From contig CAVWIP010000017.1 in the NCBI GenBank assembly GCA_963755125.1, forward strand, positions 96,001 through 160,000: a stretch of 64,000 bases of DNA, in the 5' to 3' direction. Positions within the stretch are counted from its first letter, which is position 1. Each line of letters starts with the position of its first letter. The translations under genes were made by a program, and so were the position numbers. This document shows, in pieces, positions 1 through 8,562 of the stretch. Source of the stretch: an uncultured delta proteobacterium. Lineage in GTDB: Bacteria > Myxococcota_A > Polyangia > Fen-1088. The notes below the pieces were generated by a model, which was given only the letters and a program-made list of their open reading frames with translations, made no database searches and was not told where the DNA came from.

Positions 1-1051
1 TCTTTCCGCTGCACAGGATGATGCCCACGGGCGGGTTTTCGCCGGGCTGCACCCAGTGTTCACGGGCATAGTTGAGGTACATGTGCATCTGCCCAGCGTC
101 AGCGTGGGTGAAACGCCCCAGCTTGAGATCGAAGATCACCAGGCAACGCAGGCGCCGGTGGAAGAAGAGTAGATCCACACGATACCATTCGTCGTCGATG
201 CGCAGGCGGCGCTGGCGGCCGACAAAGGTGAAGTCGTTGCCCAGTTCCAAAAGAAAGGTTTCGAGGTGGCGGATGAGGGCATCCTCCAGGTCGCTCTCGG
301 AATACTCATCGCGCAGGCCGAGAAATTCGAGGACCAGGGGATTGCGGATCTCCTCATCGGCCGTGACGGCGTCGCCCGGCTGTGGCTTGGCGCCCTTGGT
401 GAGCATGGCGGCCTTGTTGCGCGAAAGGGCCGTGCGCTCGTAGAACTGACTGTCCATCTGGCGCTGGAGCTGGCGCACAGACCAGCCGCCACGCAAAGCC
501 TCGGTCTGGTAGAAAGCGAAGGCTTCGGGCGAGCGGCTGCGCCGGATCAAGAGGACGTAGTGTGACCAAGGCAAGGGGAACGCCCGGGCGATGTCGGACA
601 GGTTGAATGGAATCGCCTGCGGTATGCCGCGTGGCTTCTGAGAAATCCCAGACAGTGTCTGGGATTTCTTGGTTGAAGAGGAGACGGACAAGGTCAAGGT
701 CGATTTCCCAGACAGCGTCTGGGAAATCTCCTTGGTTCCGCAAACGCCGTAAAAGAGCCGCATATTCTCGATGTTCTGGACGGAAAAGCCGCGCCCAAGA
801 CGTGCGGTGAGGTCGGAGGCCAGCCGCTTCAAGATCTGCTCGCCGTAGACGGCCCGCTTTGCGCCACCTTGCTCGAATTCGACGATGCGCCGGCCAACCT
901 CCCAGTACGTCGCCGTCATGAATGCATTGACGGTGCGAGCGCTGGCGCGGCGAGCGGCTTCAAGCAGGTCACTGACACCGTCGAGCAGACCGGAGTAGCC
1001 GGGGGATGCGACGGGGCCAGATGTCTTGCTCTTCACGATGGACTTCTTCAT
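1..1051 (-). CDS. YhcG/DUF1016 family PD-(D/E)xK nuclease (runs off the left edge)
   Basis: Manual translation from ATG 1051: MKKSIVKSK...TATYWEVGRRIVEFEQGG...LPWSHYVLL...WSVRQLQRQ...FLLELGNDFTFVGRQRRL...YRVDLLFFHRRLRCLVIFDLK...DAGQMHMYLNY...NPPVGIILC. These are hallmark DUF1016 motifs. ATGA overlap with the restored hsdR stop. Confidence 0.9.
   Translation of the reverse strand, partial: MKKSIVKSKTSGPVASPGYSGLLDGVSDLLEAARRASARTVNAFMTATYWEVGRRIVEFEQGGAKRAVYGEQILKRLASDLTARLGRGFSVQNIENMRLFYGVCGTKEISQTLSGKSTLTLSVSSSTKKSQTLSGISQKPRGIPQAIPFNLSDIARAFPLPWSHYVLLIRRSRSPEAFAFYQTEALRGGWSVRQLQRQMDSQFYERTALSRNKAAMLTKGAKPQPGDAVTADEEIRNPLVLEFLGLRDEYSESDLEDALIRHLETFLLELGNDFTFVGRQRRLRIDDEWYRVDLLFFHRRLRCLVIFDLKLGRFTHADAGQMHMYLNYAREHWVQPGENPPVGIILCSGK
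641..728. repeat. Two related perfect palindromes inside the YhcG-family gene
   Basis: 641-669 AGAAATCCCAGACA-G-TGTCTGGGATTTCT; 702-728 GATTTCCCAGAC-AGC-GTCTGGGAAATC. Confidence 0.9.
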
Positions 1052-3878
1052 GCCGCCAGCACCTCGTTGAGTTCATCGAGCAGCGTGGGCAGCTTTTCAC
1101 CGAAGAGCTGATACACCTTGCCCAGACCACCGCGTTGGCTGAATGGGGCGAAGTCGAAATCGTCGGGTTCGATGGTGAGGCTGGTGGCGATGTGGTCGCG
1201 GATCAACCGAAGCCAGACAAGCTGCTCGGGTGTGAAAACTGTTCCTGCCTTGGCCTTGCCCGCAAGCCATTCATCGAACCGCTCGACACGGAATCGGCGA
1301 AGGGTGCCAGCACGGGTTGCTGTTTCAGGGCAAAGCGGACCAGGGCGACGAGGTCGGCAAAACGTCCGGCCTGGGTGCGGCCCTTGACCTGGTCGGGCGC
1401 GGTGACGGCGAAGGCGTCCCAGAGCCGATCCTCGGTCCAGGTGGCGTGCTGGTCGCGGAGTTTCTTTTCCAGCTCCTTGAGCATCAGCTCGGTGAGGCGG
1501 TGCTTGAACGGGCGGCTGTATAGGATTTGCAGGGCGTCGATCTCGGTCTGGTGTTGCACCAGGTAGTCGCGAAACTCCTGGACCAAGCCGGCGGCCTTCG
1601 CCTTTGCGGCCTCGTCAAAGCCCTGGCTGAGGACCTCGTCGGGCGTGTAGATGTCGAGGGCTTGCTCGGTCTCCCTTTTCAGGGTTTCCAGGGTCTCACG
1701 CAGGGCGGGTTTGTCGAAGGGAGCGCAGGCTTGCACGATGAGTTGCTGGCGAGCGGCCTCGAATTGCGCGGGGGCGATCTCTTGCACCTCGGCGCCGGGG
1801 CGGCCGGTGGCGTGCTCGGCGATGGCATCGGGATCGAAGGCACGGAGTAGGGCACCAGCCAGGGTGGCAGGCGTTTGCCCGCCAGAGGCGGTGCTGATCT
1901 GCTGGCGCTGGGCAGGTTCAAGCTCGCGGTCGAGCCGGGCCAGTCGGGCGGCCAAGGTAGTCAGCGTGTCTTCGTCGCGGCCCGCCGGGAACAGCACCCG
2001 CTGGAGAAGAGCCTTGAGCGGCACCGTGGGCTGGCGGTCGAGCGGGCGGGATTCGGTCTTGTCGCTTTCGCACACGCCGACGGCGTCCACGATAATGAAG
2101 CGGGTCTTGCTGCGGGCGTCTTCCCCGGACACGGCTTGCAGATCAGTCGCAGATAGGACGCGCGTGCCACGGCCCTTCATCTGTTCAAAGTAGACGCGGC
2201 TGCGGACATCGCGCAGGAAGATCAGGACCTCCAGCGGCTTGATGTCGGTGCCGGTGGCGATCATGTCCACGGTCACCGCAATGCGGAGCGTGGGCGAGAG
2301 GCAGAATTCCCGGATGAGTTCCTCGGACTTGGCGGGCTTGCCCGTGACTGGGTGCTTGGCCTGGTAGGTGATCTTCTTGCAGAAGTCGTTGCCCTTGCCG
2401 AAGACCTCGCGGCACACGTGGACGATGTCCTCGGCGTGGGAATCGTCCTTGGCGAAGATGAGTGTCTTGGGCAACAGAGTACGGCCGGGAAAAAGCTCGG
2501 TGAAAACGACGTCGCGGTAGGTGCGCAGGACGGTGCGGATCTGGTCGGGGACGACGACGGAGCGGTCGAGATCCTGGGGCGTGAAATCGAGATCGTCAGC
2601 GAGCACGGCCTGGCGAACAGCGCGGGATGCCTTGCTGCGGTGGTCGATGAGGAACCCCTTCTCGATCTTGCCGCCCCGCTCGGTGACGCGGGTTTTGATG
2701 CGATAGACGTCGTAGCCCACGTTCACGCCATCGGCGACGGCACGCTCGTGGTTGTACTCGGCCACGCGGTTCTGGTGGAAGTAGGCGATGGTCTGCGGCG
2801 CGGGCGTGGCGGTCAGGCCGATGAGGAAGGCATCGAAGTATTCCAGCACCTGCCGCCAGAGGTTGTAGATCGAGCGGTGGCATTCATCGGTGATGATGAA
2901 GTCGAACTTCTCGATGGGCACTGCCGGGTTGTAGGCGACATCGCGGGTGCGGGTGCTGCCCAGTGCGGCGGCCAGCTCGGCGCCGGAAAGATCGTCCGCG
3001 CCTTCCGCCAGTTCCTCGCCGCGCAAGATGGAGTAGAGGCGCTGGATGGTGCAGATGGTGACGCGGCAAACGTCGTCGACATTGGGCGAGGTCAGGTGCT
3101 GGACGTTGTAAAGCTCGGTGAAGAGCCGGCCGGTGTCGGGGGTGCGGTAGCCATGGAACTCGTCGCGGGCCTGTTTGCCGAGGTTCGAGCGGTCGACGAG
3201 AAACAGGATGCGGCGAGCCCCCGCATACTTGATCAGGCGATAGGTGAAGGCGCAAGCGGTGAAGGTCTTGCCCGCGCCGGTCGCCATGTGGATGAGGGCA
3301 CGCGGACGGCTTTCGGCAAAGGAGTTCTCCAGGCCGGTGATGGCCTCGATCTGGCACTGGCGCATACCGCTGGTGACGAGCGGGTGCGCGGTGGGCATGG
3401 CCTTCAAGCGGCCGCGCAAGGTGTTGGGCTCGGCCGCCCAATCCGCGAGGGTTTCGGGACGATGAAACGAAAACACCTGGCGAGATCGGGGATCGGGATC
3501 GCGCTGGTCGCGGAAGAAGGTTTCAACTCCGGTCGATTCATACAGGAAGGGCAGAGGACCCGTGAAACCAGCGGCGAGAAAATCAGGCAGGCCGCTGGCG
3601 TAGCGGGCTGACTGTTCGGCGACGCCGGAAAGCGTGGTGCCTTCCTTCTTGGCCTCCACCATTCCAACGGGTTTGCGGTCCACCAGCAGGAAGTAGTCGC
3701 AACGTCCGGTCTTGAGCTTGACCTCGCGCAGGGCAACGCCACGGCCTGCCGAGAAATCCACTGCCGAGTAGTCCTGAACCACCCATCCGCACGCAAGCAG
3801 TTGGGCATCAATCTGCTCACGGGCGCGTTGTTCAGGGTTCAGGTCGGGCATGAAGCGCTTGCGCATATCATAGCCCAT
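1048..3878 (-). pseudogene. hsdR: Type I restriction enzyme R subunit (EcoEI-like), with a 1-nt frameshift near 1285
   Basis: Nuclease motif D...VEAKK; helicase motifs MATGAGKT, DECHRS, GLTATP, QMKGRGTR. The EcoEI-R-like tail (ERFDEWL...FTPEQLVWLRLIRDHIATSL...GGLGKVYQLFGEKLPTLLDELNEVLAA*) lies in another frame and ends at 1048. Confidence 0.85.
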
Positions 3879-4023
3879 CGCTGTAATTTCGGGTGCGAAC
3901 TTCGTCGGCGCTCGGGGCTCGGTCTGATCCTCAGGGCTCTCGGGGTGAGATGATCCCCCTCGTGATGGTCCGAATCGAGATCGTGTTAGATGGGTATGAC
4001 GAATCCATCCTTGCCAAGACCGG

Positions 4024-4542
4024 CTACTTCCGGGACGTGAGCATCTTCCAAAGGAGGGCTTCGTCCCTATTCGGCCGTCGTCGAAACGAGCGGACGGGTT
4101 CTTCAGCCTGAGCGTTGGACTTGCGGGACAGGCCGTACTTATTGAGAATGCGCGGGTTCGCTGCGTGGGCGATTCCGATCATCTTCTTTTCAAGCGCTAC
4201 TATAGCCCTCACGTCAGCCTTGCCTTGGCCCGGTTTGCCCTGCGGTATCAGGAACAGGATAGGCGTGCCCCTGTTCCTGAGGAGGGTGTCTCTGATCTTC
4301 GACAAGACATGGTCGGAGCAGCACTCCGCCTCGAAACTCTGTCTCGTGGCGCGACCAACCCAGGCCGGAATGCTCTTCCTCGAACCGCGCACCCCGACGA
4401 GATAGACGCCCTTCTTCCCGCCGCACTTCGTCTGTTTGATCTTCTTCTTGAGATCGGCATGGTCTACCGATCCGTTCTTTCGGGCTTGTTCAATTGCGCA
4501 CACGCCGGAGAGCACGAGCGCATTACCAGCTTGCCTGATCAT
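4024..4542 (-). CDS. GIY-YIG-like nuclease / hypothetical protein
   Basis: Spacing of GVYLV...WVGRAT...LEKKMI...NPRILN resembles the GIY-YIG motif. Start uncertain. Confidence 0.5.
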   Translation of the reverse strand: MIRQAGNALVLSGVCAIEQARKNGSVDHADLKKKIKQTKCGGKKGVYLVGVRGSRKSIPAWVGRATRQSFEAECCSDHVLSKIRDTLLRNRGTPILFLIPQGKPGQGKADVRAIVALEKKMIGIAHAANPRILNKYGLSRKSNAQAEEPVRSFRRRPNRDEALLWKMLTSRK

Positions 4543-4604
4543 CTTGCATCTCCCTATGGTTGAAGTGTCATCGGAACGGAAATGGTCTTCATGGGGATCA
4601 ATAC

Positions 4605-4814
4605 CTACTTTGGCGCTAGGGCCTTCCGAATCGCGAAGGTCCCGATGAATCCAGCGATGCGTCCCACGTGGCGGTAGAGCTTGAGTCGCTCGTCGTTGAC
4701 GAGGAGCCGGGCTTCAAGTTCCTCGATCGGCATTTCCTCGTAGGTATGCTGCTGTCCTGACGACGCAAACAACGAGGGCAACGTCAACTGCCTCTGGATC
4801 AAGCTGCCGATCAT
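4605..4814 (-). CDS. Small hypothetical protein with C-terminal amphipathic/hydrophobic helix
   Basis: ATG at 4814 overlaps the upstream TGA (ATGA); MIGSLIQRQ...RIAGFIGTFAIRKALAPK. Confidence 0.55.
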   Translation of the reverse strand: MIGSLIQRQLTLPSLFASSGQQHTYEEMPIEELEARLLVNDERLKLYRHVGRIAGFIGTFAIRKALAPK

Positions 4815-5131
4815 CGCGCCCTCCACGTCGAGAACAGGCCGCAGCCGATCTGGAACACGCCACCGGCAACGAGGCCCTCCATGGAGCCCTTCAAGGCAGC
4901 ATTGATCAGCATGGCATCCTGGGTGCGAATGTGCGCGATCAACCGCCGGCGATACTCAAGATCCTCTGTGACAACCTCGGCACCCGGGATAGGAGTCGCC
5001 TGTGCCTTGAGTACCTGGTCAAGGCTCGCGCCCAGATCACGATCTTCGCCGTGGCCGCTGCGCGGGACAGATACTGGGGCGGCGAAGGAGTTCTGCAAGG
5101 CTGATGGCAGCCTGGTGATGGGAGTGTCCAT
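4811..5131 (-). CDS. Small hypothetical protein with Gly-rich hydrophobic C-terminus
   Basis: RBS-like AGGAG upstream of the ATG; ends GLVAGGVFQIGCGLFSTWRAR; coupled to the next gene. Confidence 0.6.
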   Translation of the reverse strand: MDTPITRLPSALQNSFAAPVSVPRSGHGEDRDLGASLDQVLKAQATPIPGAEVVTEDLEYRRRLIAHIRTQDAMLINAALKGSMEGLVAGGVFQIGCGLFSTWRAR

Positions 5132-5167
5132 TGTTGTGCTCCTGGTATGTCGATCGCTGATGTACGG

Positions 5168-5518
5168 CTAGGCCACGCCTGAGCCGTTGTTGAAGTTGAA
5201 GGGGACGGCCAGCTTCTCTGGCGAGAGCCCCAACTGCTCAGTGCGAACCGGGGGACTCAAACTGTTCGCGTTGACGAAGGAAATCGTCTTGAAGATCTCG
5301 CCGTCAAACCAGTCGCGGTAGGCCGGCTCTTCCTTCCTCCGCTGGATGGCCGCCGCCAGAAGGGTCGGACATATCGCCAAACCACGGATGGCCTCAAGGG
5401 AACGAAAGAAGCATCGAGTGTGGCAGATTTGGCAAACCATGTAGGGGCGTGCCTTCCTATCGAAACGCACTTCACAGGCGTTCTCAGCCAGACAGAACAT
5501 GCACGTCCTGAGTGTCAT
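5168..5518 (-). CDS. Zinc-ribbon protein (CxxC...CxxC)
   Basis: MTLRTCMFC...MVCQICHTRC; ATGA overlap with the RadA-like gene. Confidence 0.65.
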   Translation of the reverse strand: MTLRTCMFCLAENACEVRFDRKARPYMVCQICHTRCFFRSLEAIRGLAICPTLLAAAIQRRKEEPAYRDWFDGEIFKTISFVNANSLSPPVRTEQLGLSPEKLAVPFNFNNGSGVA

Positions 5519-6258
5519 GTGGAAACCTCGGTCGCGCCGTCGATCGGGCCGGCTGCGGGGCTCACAGGTAAGACATCGCCACCAACCCCATCGAGATCCT
5601 GGAATCTGGACTTGACGAGCCGCCACGTCATCTTTTCAACGACGACATGGACATCTGCCTCGTGCTGCAAGGCCATCGCACCGGCTGGCTCTCCGCCCTT
5701 GGTAATTTGGAGGACGGCGACCAAAACATTGAGGCTGGGAAGGACCCCGAGGAGATGGCGAAGCTCAGCAGCAGTCCAGCAACACTCTTGGACCGAGTCA
5801 ACCACGAGCGACGTGACGCTCTTTTGGGACGCAAGTTCGACCACCTGGTCGACCGTCGGCCGCTCGATAATGTGGAAGTCGCCACGCCGGACATTGCATC
5901 GGGCCAGCCGCGCCGCGAGCGTGGGACTGATGCCTTCCTCGGCCGACACGAGCAAGGCAGGACCGGCCACACCGTTTGCCAGTCGTGTGGACCACGTGGA
6001 CTTGCCGCCCCCAGGGGGGCCGCTGTCCAGGACCAGGGAACGGACACCGAGATGGAGGTCGGGATATGCCTGCTGACTGACACTGCCCCAGCCCATTCGC
6101 GCGACCTCGCGGGCCGTCGAAATTCCAGGCTGATAGTCCACCTGGGCGCGGTTGCGATAGGAAAAGGGCACGAGCTGGCCGCTGCCCCAGCAGCCGGAAC
6201 AGAAGGGAAAGTGACGCTCGTATTGTGCGCCACAACGGAGGCAACGGTAAACGAACAT
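5515..6258 (-). CDS. Short RadA/Sms-like RecA-family ATPase (C4 zinc finger + ATPase, no Lon-like domain)
   Basis: YRCLRC...FCSGC finger; Walker A GPPGGGKST; VSAEE; Walker B LVVDSVQ; ITKGGEPAG...LQHEAD; KSRF, similar to RadA KNRFG. Confidence 0.8.
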   Translation of the reverse strand: MFVYRCLRCGAQYERHFPFCSGCWGSGQLVPFSYRNRAQVDYQPGISTAREVARMGWGSVSQQAYPDLHLGVRSLVLDSGPPGGGKSTWSTRLANGVAGPALLVSAEEGISPTLAARLARCNVRRGDFHIIERPTVDQVVELASQKSVTSLVVDSVQECCWTAAELRHLLGVLPSLNVLVAVLQITKGGEPAGAMALQHEADVHVVVEKMTWRLVKSRFQDLDGVGGDVLPVSPAAGPIDGATEVST

Positions 6259-6624
6259 CGAATCGCCTACTGTACTGAGACTCTACAATACGGACTGTAC
6301 CATATGCGGGGCAAGTGTGGAGAAGATTATGCGGTGGTGACAATGGAGTAAAGGAAACGGCGCAAATGCAATTGAGTGTAGTGTCCACTGAATATCAGGG
6401 AGTTCCCGGGGCGTCCAATGAAGGCCAGTAGAGTCCACGGAGGCCGAAAGAACCATCCCAGTGCCGGGCGAACTGGGGCCACGGGCCATGTAAGGGACGT
6501 GCTGGAGGGGATTGATGGCAGTCTCCTACAGCAAGAACACCGGCATGGTGACAGGAGTACACACCGTCGTTCCGATTAGGGGACGTCAGGGCGTGGGCCG
6601 GCTTCAGCAATATCTGGCTTTCGC

Positions 6625-8562
6625 TCACCCCGCATCGGTCTCCGCCCACGTGCGCCTGATGGTTGCCTTGACGGAGATCGGCACGGTTGGCACGAACTCC
6701 CGCATCCCTTCCTTCATAGCCAGAACGACCACGGATTTCACCTGCTCCGCGACATCTGCGGGCGCCTCGACAAGAACTTCGTCGTGTACGGTGAGAATCA
6801 GCCTCGCCCTGAAGGCTGGCAGGCGCTCATGGAGCAAGATCATGGCAAGCTTGAGCGCATCGGCGCCTGTTCCTTGCACGGCCGTGTTCAAGCGCGCGCA
6901 GTAGCTATTCGCGGGGTCAGCGAATTTGCGCAAACGGCCGCTTGCAGTTCGGACCACGGAGGAATTGCTGCGCGAGACGGCATCCTGCCACTGCGCGATA
7001 CCCGGGTAGGCAGCGAGAAACCTATCACGAAAGCGAGTGGCTTCATCAAGCGTCATCGTAACGCGAGATCTTTCGTAGGCGTATACGACGAGCGTGTCTG
7101 CCCCCATTCCGTTGAGTAACCCCAAGTTCACTATCTTGCCAGTGTCGTGGTCCCTGTCGGTCACCTCGGATTCGGGTTTGTTGAGCAGCAAGGCGGCGGT
7201 CATGGTGTGTGGATCGTCGCCGCGCCTGAACACTTCCAGCAAACGCTGATCCTGAGTAATGTGGGCGACGACCCTCAAGTCAGCAGCTTTGATGTCAGCG
7301 GAGACGAAGAGATAGCCCGAACTGGGCTCGATGCACCCCCGGACGGCGGCATCTTTGGGAAGTCCCATCAGGTTTGGCTTGGAGCAGCTCAGGCGGCCCG
7401 TGACGGCCGAACAGGGATCGATGGATGCGTGGACGCGGTTTCCTTCGTCGGCTTCCCCTTGGGCCTGGAGGATCTCCAGGATCTCTTTCCCTGGTCCTCG
7501 GACGAAACTAGCGACGGAGTGATAGTCCAGCAGGTCTTGTACGTAGGGGCGGTTCAGGTATGGGGCCAACGTCTCAGCACTCATGCCATCCATGTCGCAT
7601 CCGAGGGCATGCAGGGCAGTTTTCACCTGCGGATAGGAGTCAGGGTTTACGTTCCCGAGCTGCTGCAACAGGCGGGCCTTCAAGCGCAACATCCCAGCCC
7701 GGCGCTCCGACACCAGGTCACACCATCGCTGTTTGTTGACGCCCACGCCGGCCATGTCCATGTCCACCAGCACCGGAAGCAGCTTGCACTCCAACGTGTA
7801 CACCAGTTCGAGCCCATCTTTCGCGATGTCCACTGCCAGGGAGTCGTGGAGCCGGGGCAATTCTCTGACATCCGACGCGGCGCTTTGGAGTTGGGGAAGC
7901 GTGAGCCTGCCTGTCCAATCCTCGCTCTGTGGATCCCGGCAGGTGTGGACGCCAAGATGTCGTTCATAGAGATTGGCCAGGGAGGAGTAATCGTCACGGT
8001 TGCCTTCGGCATGAAGGCCGCCATCAAGAAGACGTGCGGCGGTCCGCGTGCAGTAGGCCGTGTGTGGGGTCACGCCGTAGTGCTGGCGCAACACCTTGAG
8101 GTGGTAAAGGGCATTGTGGGCGATCACGGTCGCATCGCCAAGAGCCTGGGCGAGGGTTGTCATGTCCCCGATCGCCGTGAGATCGAGGAGAAATACCTTT
8201 CCGTCAGGTGTGGCCAGTTGGAGGAGCCGGGGTCTGTGATGCATGGGATCGGAACCAATGGGCTTGGTGCCAAGGGCAACGCGCCCAGCCCGACGGACGG
8301 CATAGACGGCGGCATCAAACTGGTCGGCCGAGGCCACGAGCGCGTAGTCGTCGTGGGATGGCCTGGCGGTGTCCGCTGGCCTAGGCATTTGGGCGGCTTG
8401 GCTGCGGAGCAGCGCAATCAGCTCGGGCTTGAAAGCAGAGATCGTGGGTCGCAGCGCGTGCCGTGCGTCTTTGGGGCCTATCACCCGGATCCGGTCACCA
8501 TCCAGACGCAGGTGAACGCCATGGGAGTGGCAGGCAGCGAGGAGGATATCAAGGGGTGTCAG
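6625..8562 (-). CDS. Family A DNA polymerase (degenerate 3'-5' exonuclease + polymerase domain), element-encoded
   Basis: TGRLSCSKPNL; motif A SADIKAADLR; motif B GKIVNLGLLNGMG; NTAVQGTGAD; motif C TVHDEV. The ORF track starts at 8484, but the frame is open to CTG 8562, which follows a GGAGGA RBS and overlaps the primase stop. Confidence 0.88.
   Translation of the reverse strand: MTPLDILLAACHSHGVHLRLDGDRIRVIGPKDARHALRPTISAFKPELIALLRSQAAQMPRPADTARPSHDDYALVASADQFDAAVYAVRRAGRVALGTKPIGSDPMHHRPRLLQLATPDGKVFLLDLTAIGDMTTLAQALGDATVIAHNALYHLKVLRQHYGVTPHTAYCTRTAARLLDGGLHAEGNRDDYSSLANLYERHLGVHTCRDPQSEDWTGRLTLPQLQSAASDVRELPRLHDSLAVDIAKDGLELVYTLECKLLPVLVDMDMAGVGVNKQRWCDLVSERRAGMLRLKARLLQQLGNVNPDSYPQVKTALHALGCDMDGMSAETLAPYLNRPYVQDLLDYHSVASFVRGPGKEILEILQAQGEADEGNRVHASIDPCSAVTGRLSCSKPNLMGLPKDAAVRGCIEPSSGYLFVSADIKAADLRVVAHITQDQRLLEVFRRGDDPHTMTAALLLNKPESEVTDRDHDTGKIVNLGLLNGMGADTLVVYAYERSRVTMTLDEATRFRDRFLAAYPGIAQWQDAVSRSNSSVVRTASGRLRKFADPANSYCARLNTAVQGTGADALKLAMILLHERLPAFRARLILTVHDEVLVEAPADVAEQVKSVVVLAMKEGMREFVPTVPISVKATIRRTWAETDAG

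Noticed and set aside
4123..4132. GCGGGACAGG match to the tRNA-Val 3' end as the second att site
   Set aside because: Only 10 bp, inside a coding region and without arm sites; expected by chance.
6625..8562. DpoZ / Z-base genome system
   Set aside because: No purZ, datZ or mazZ-like genes seen in the window.
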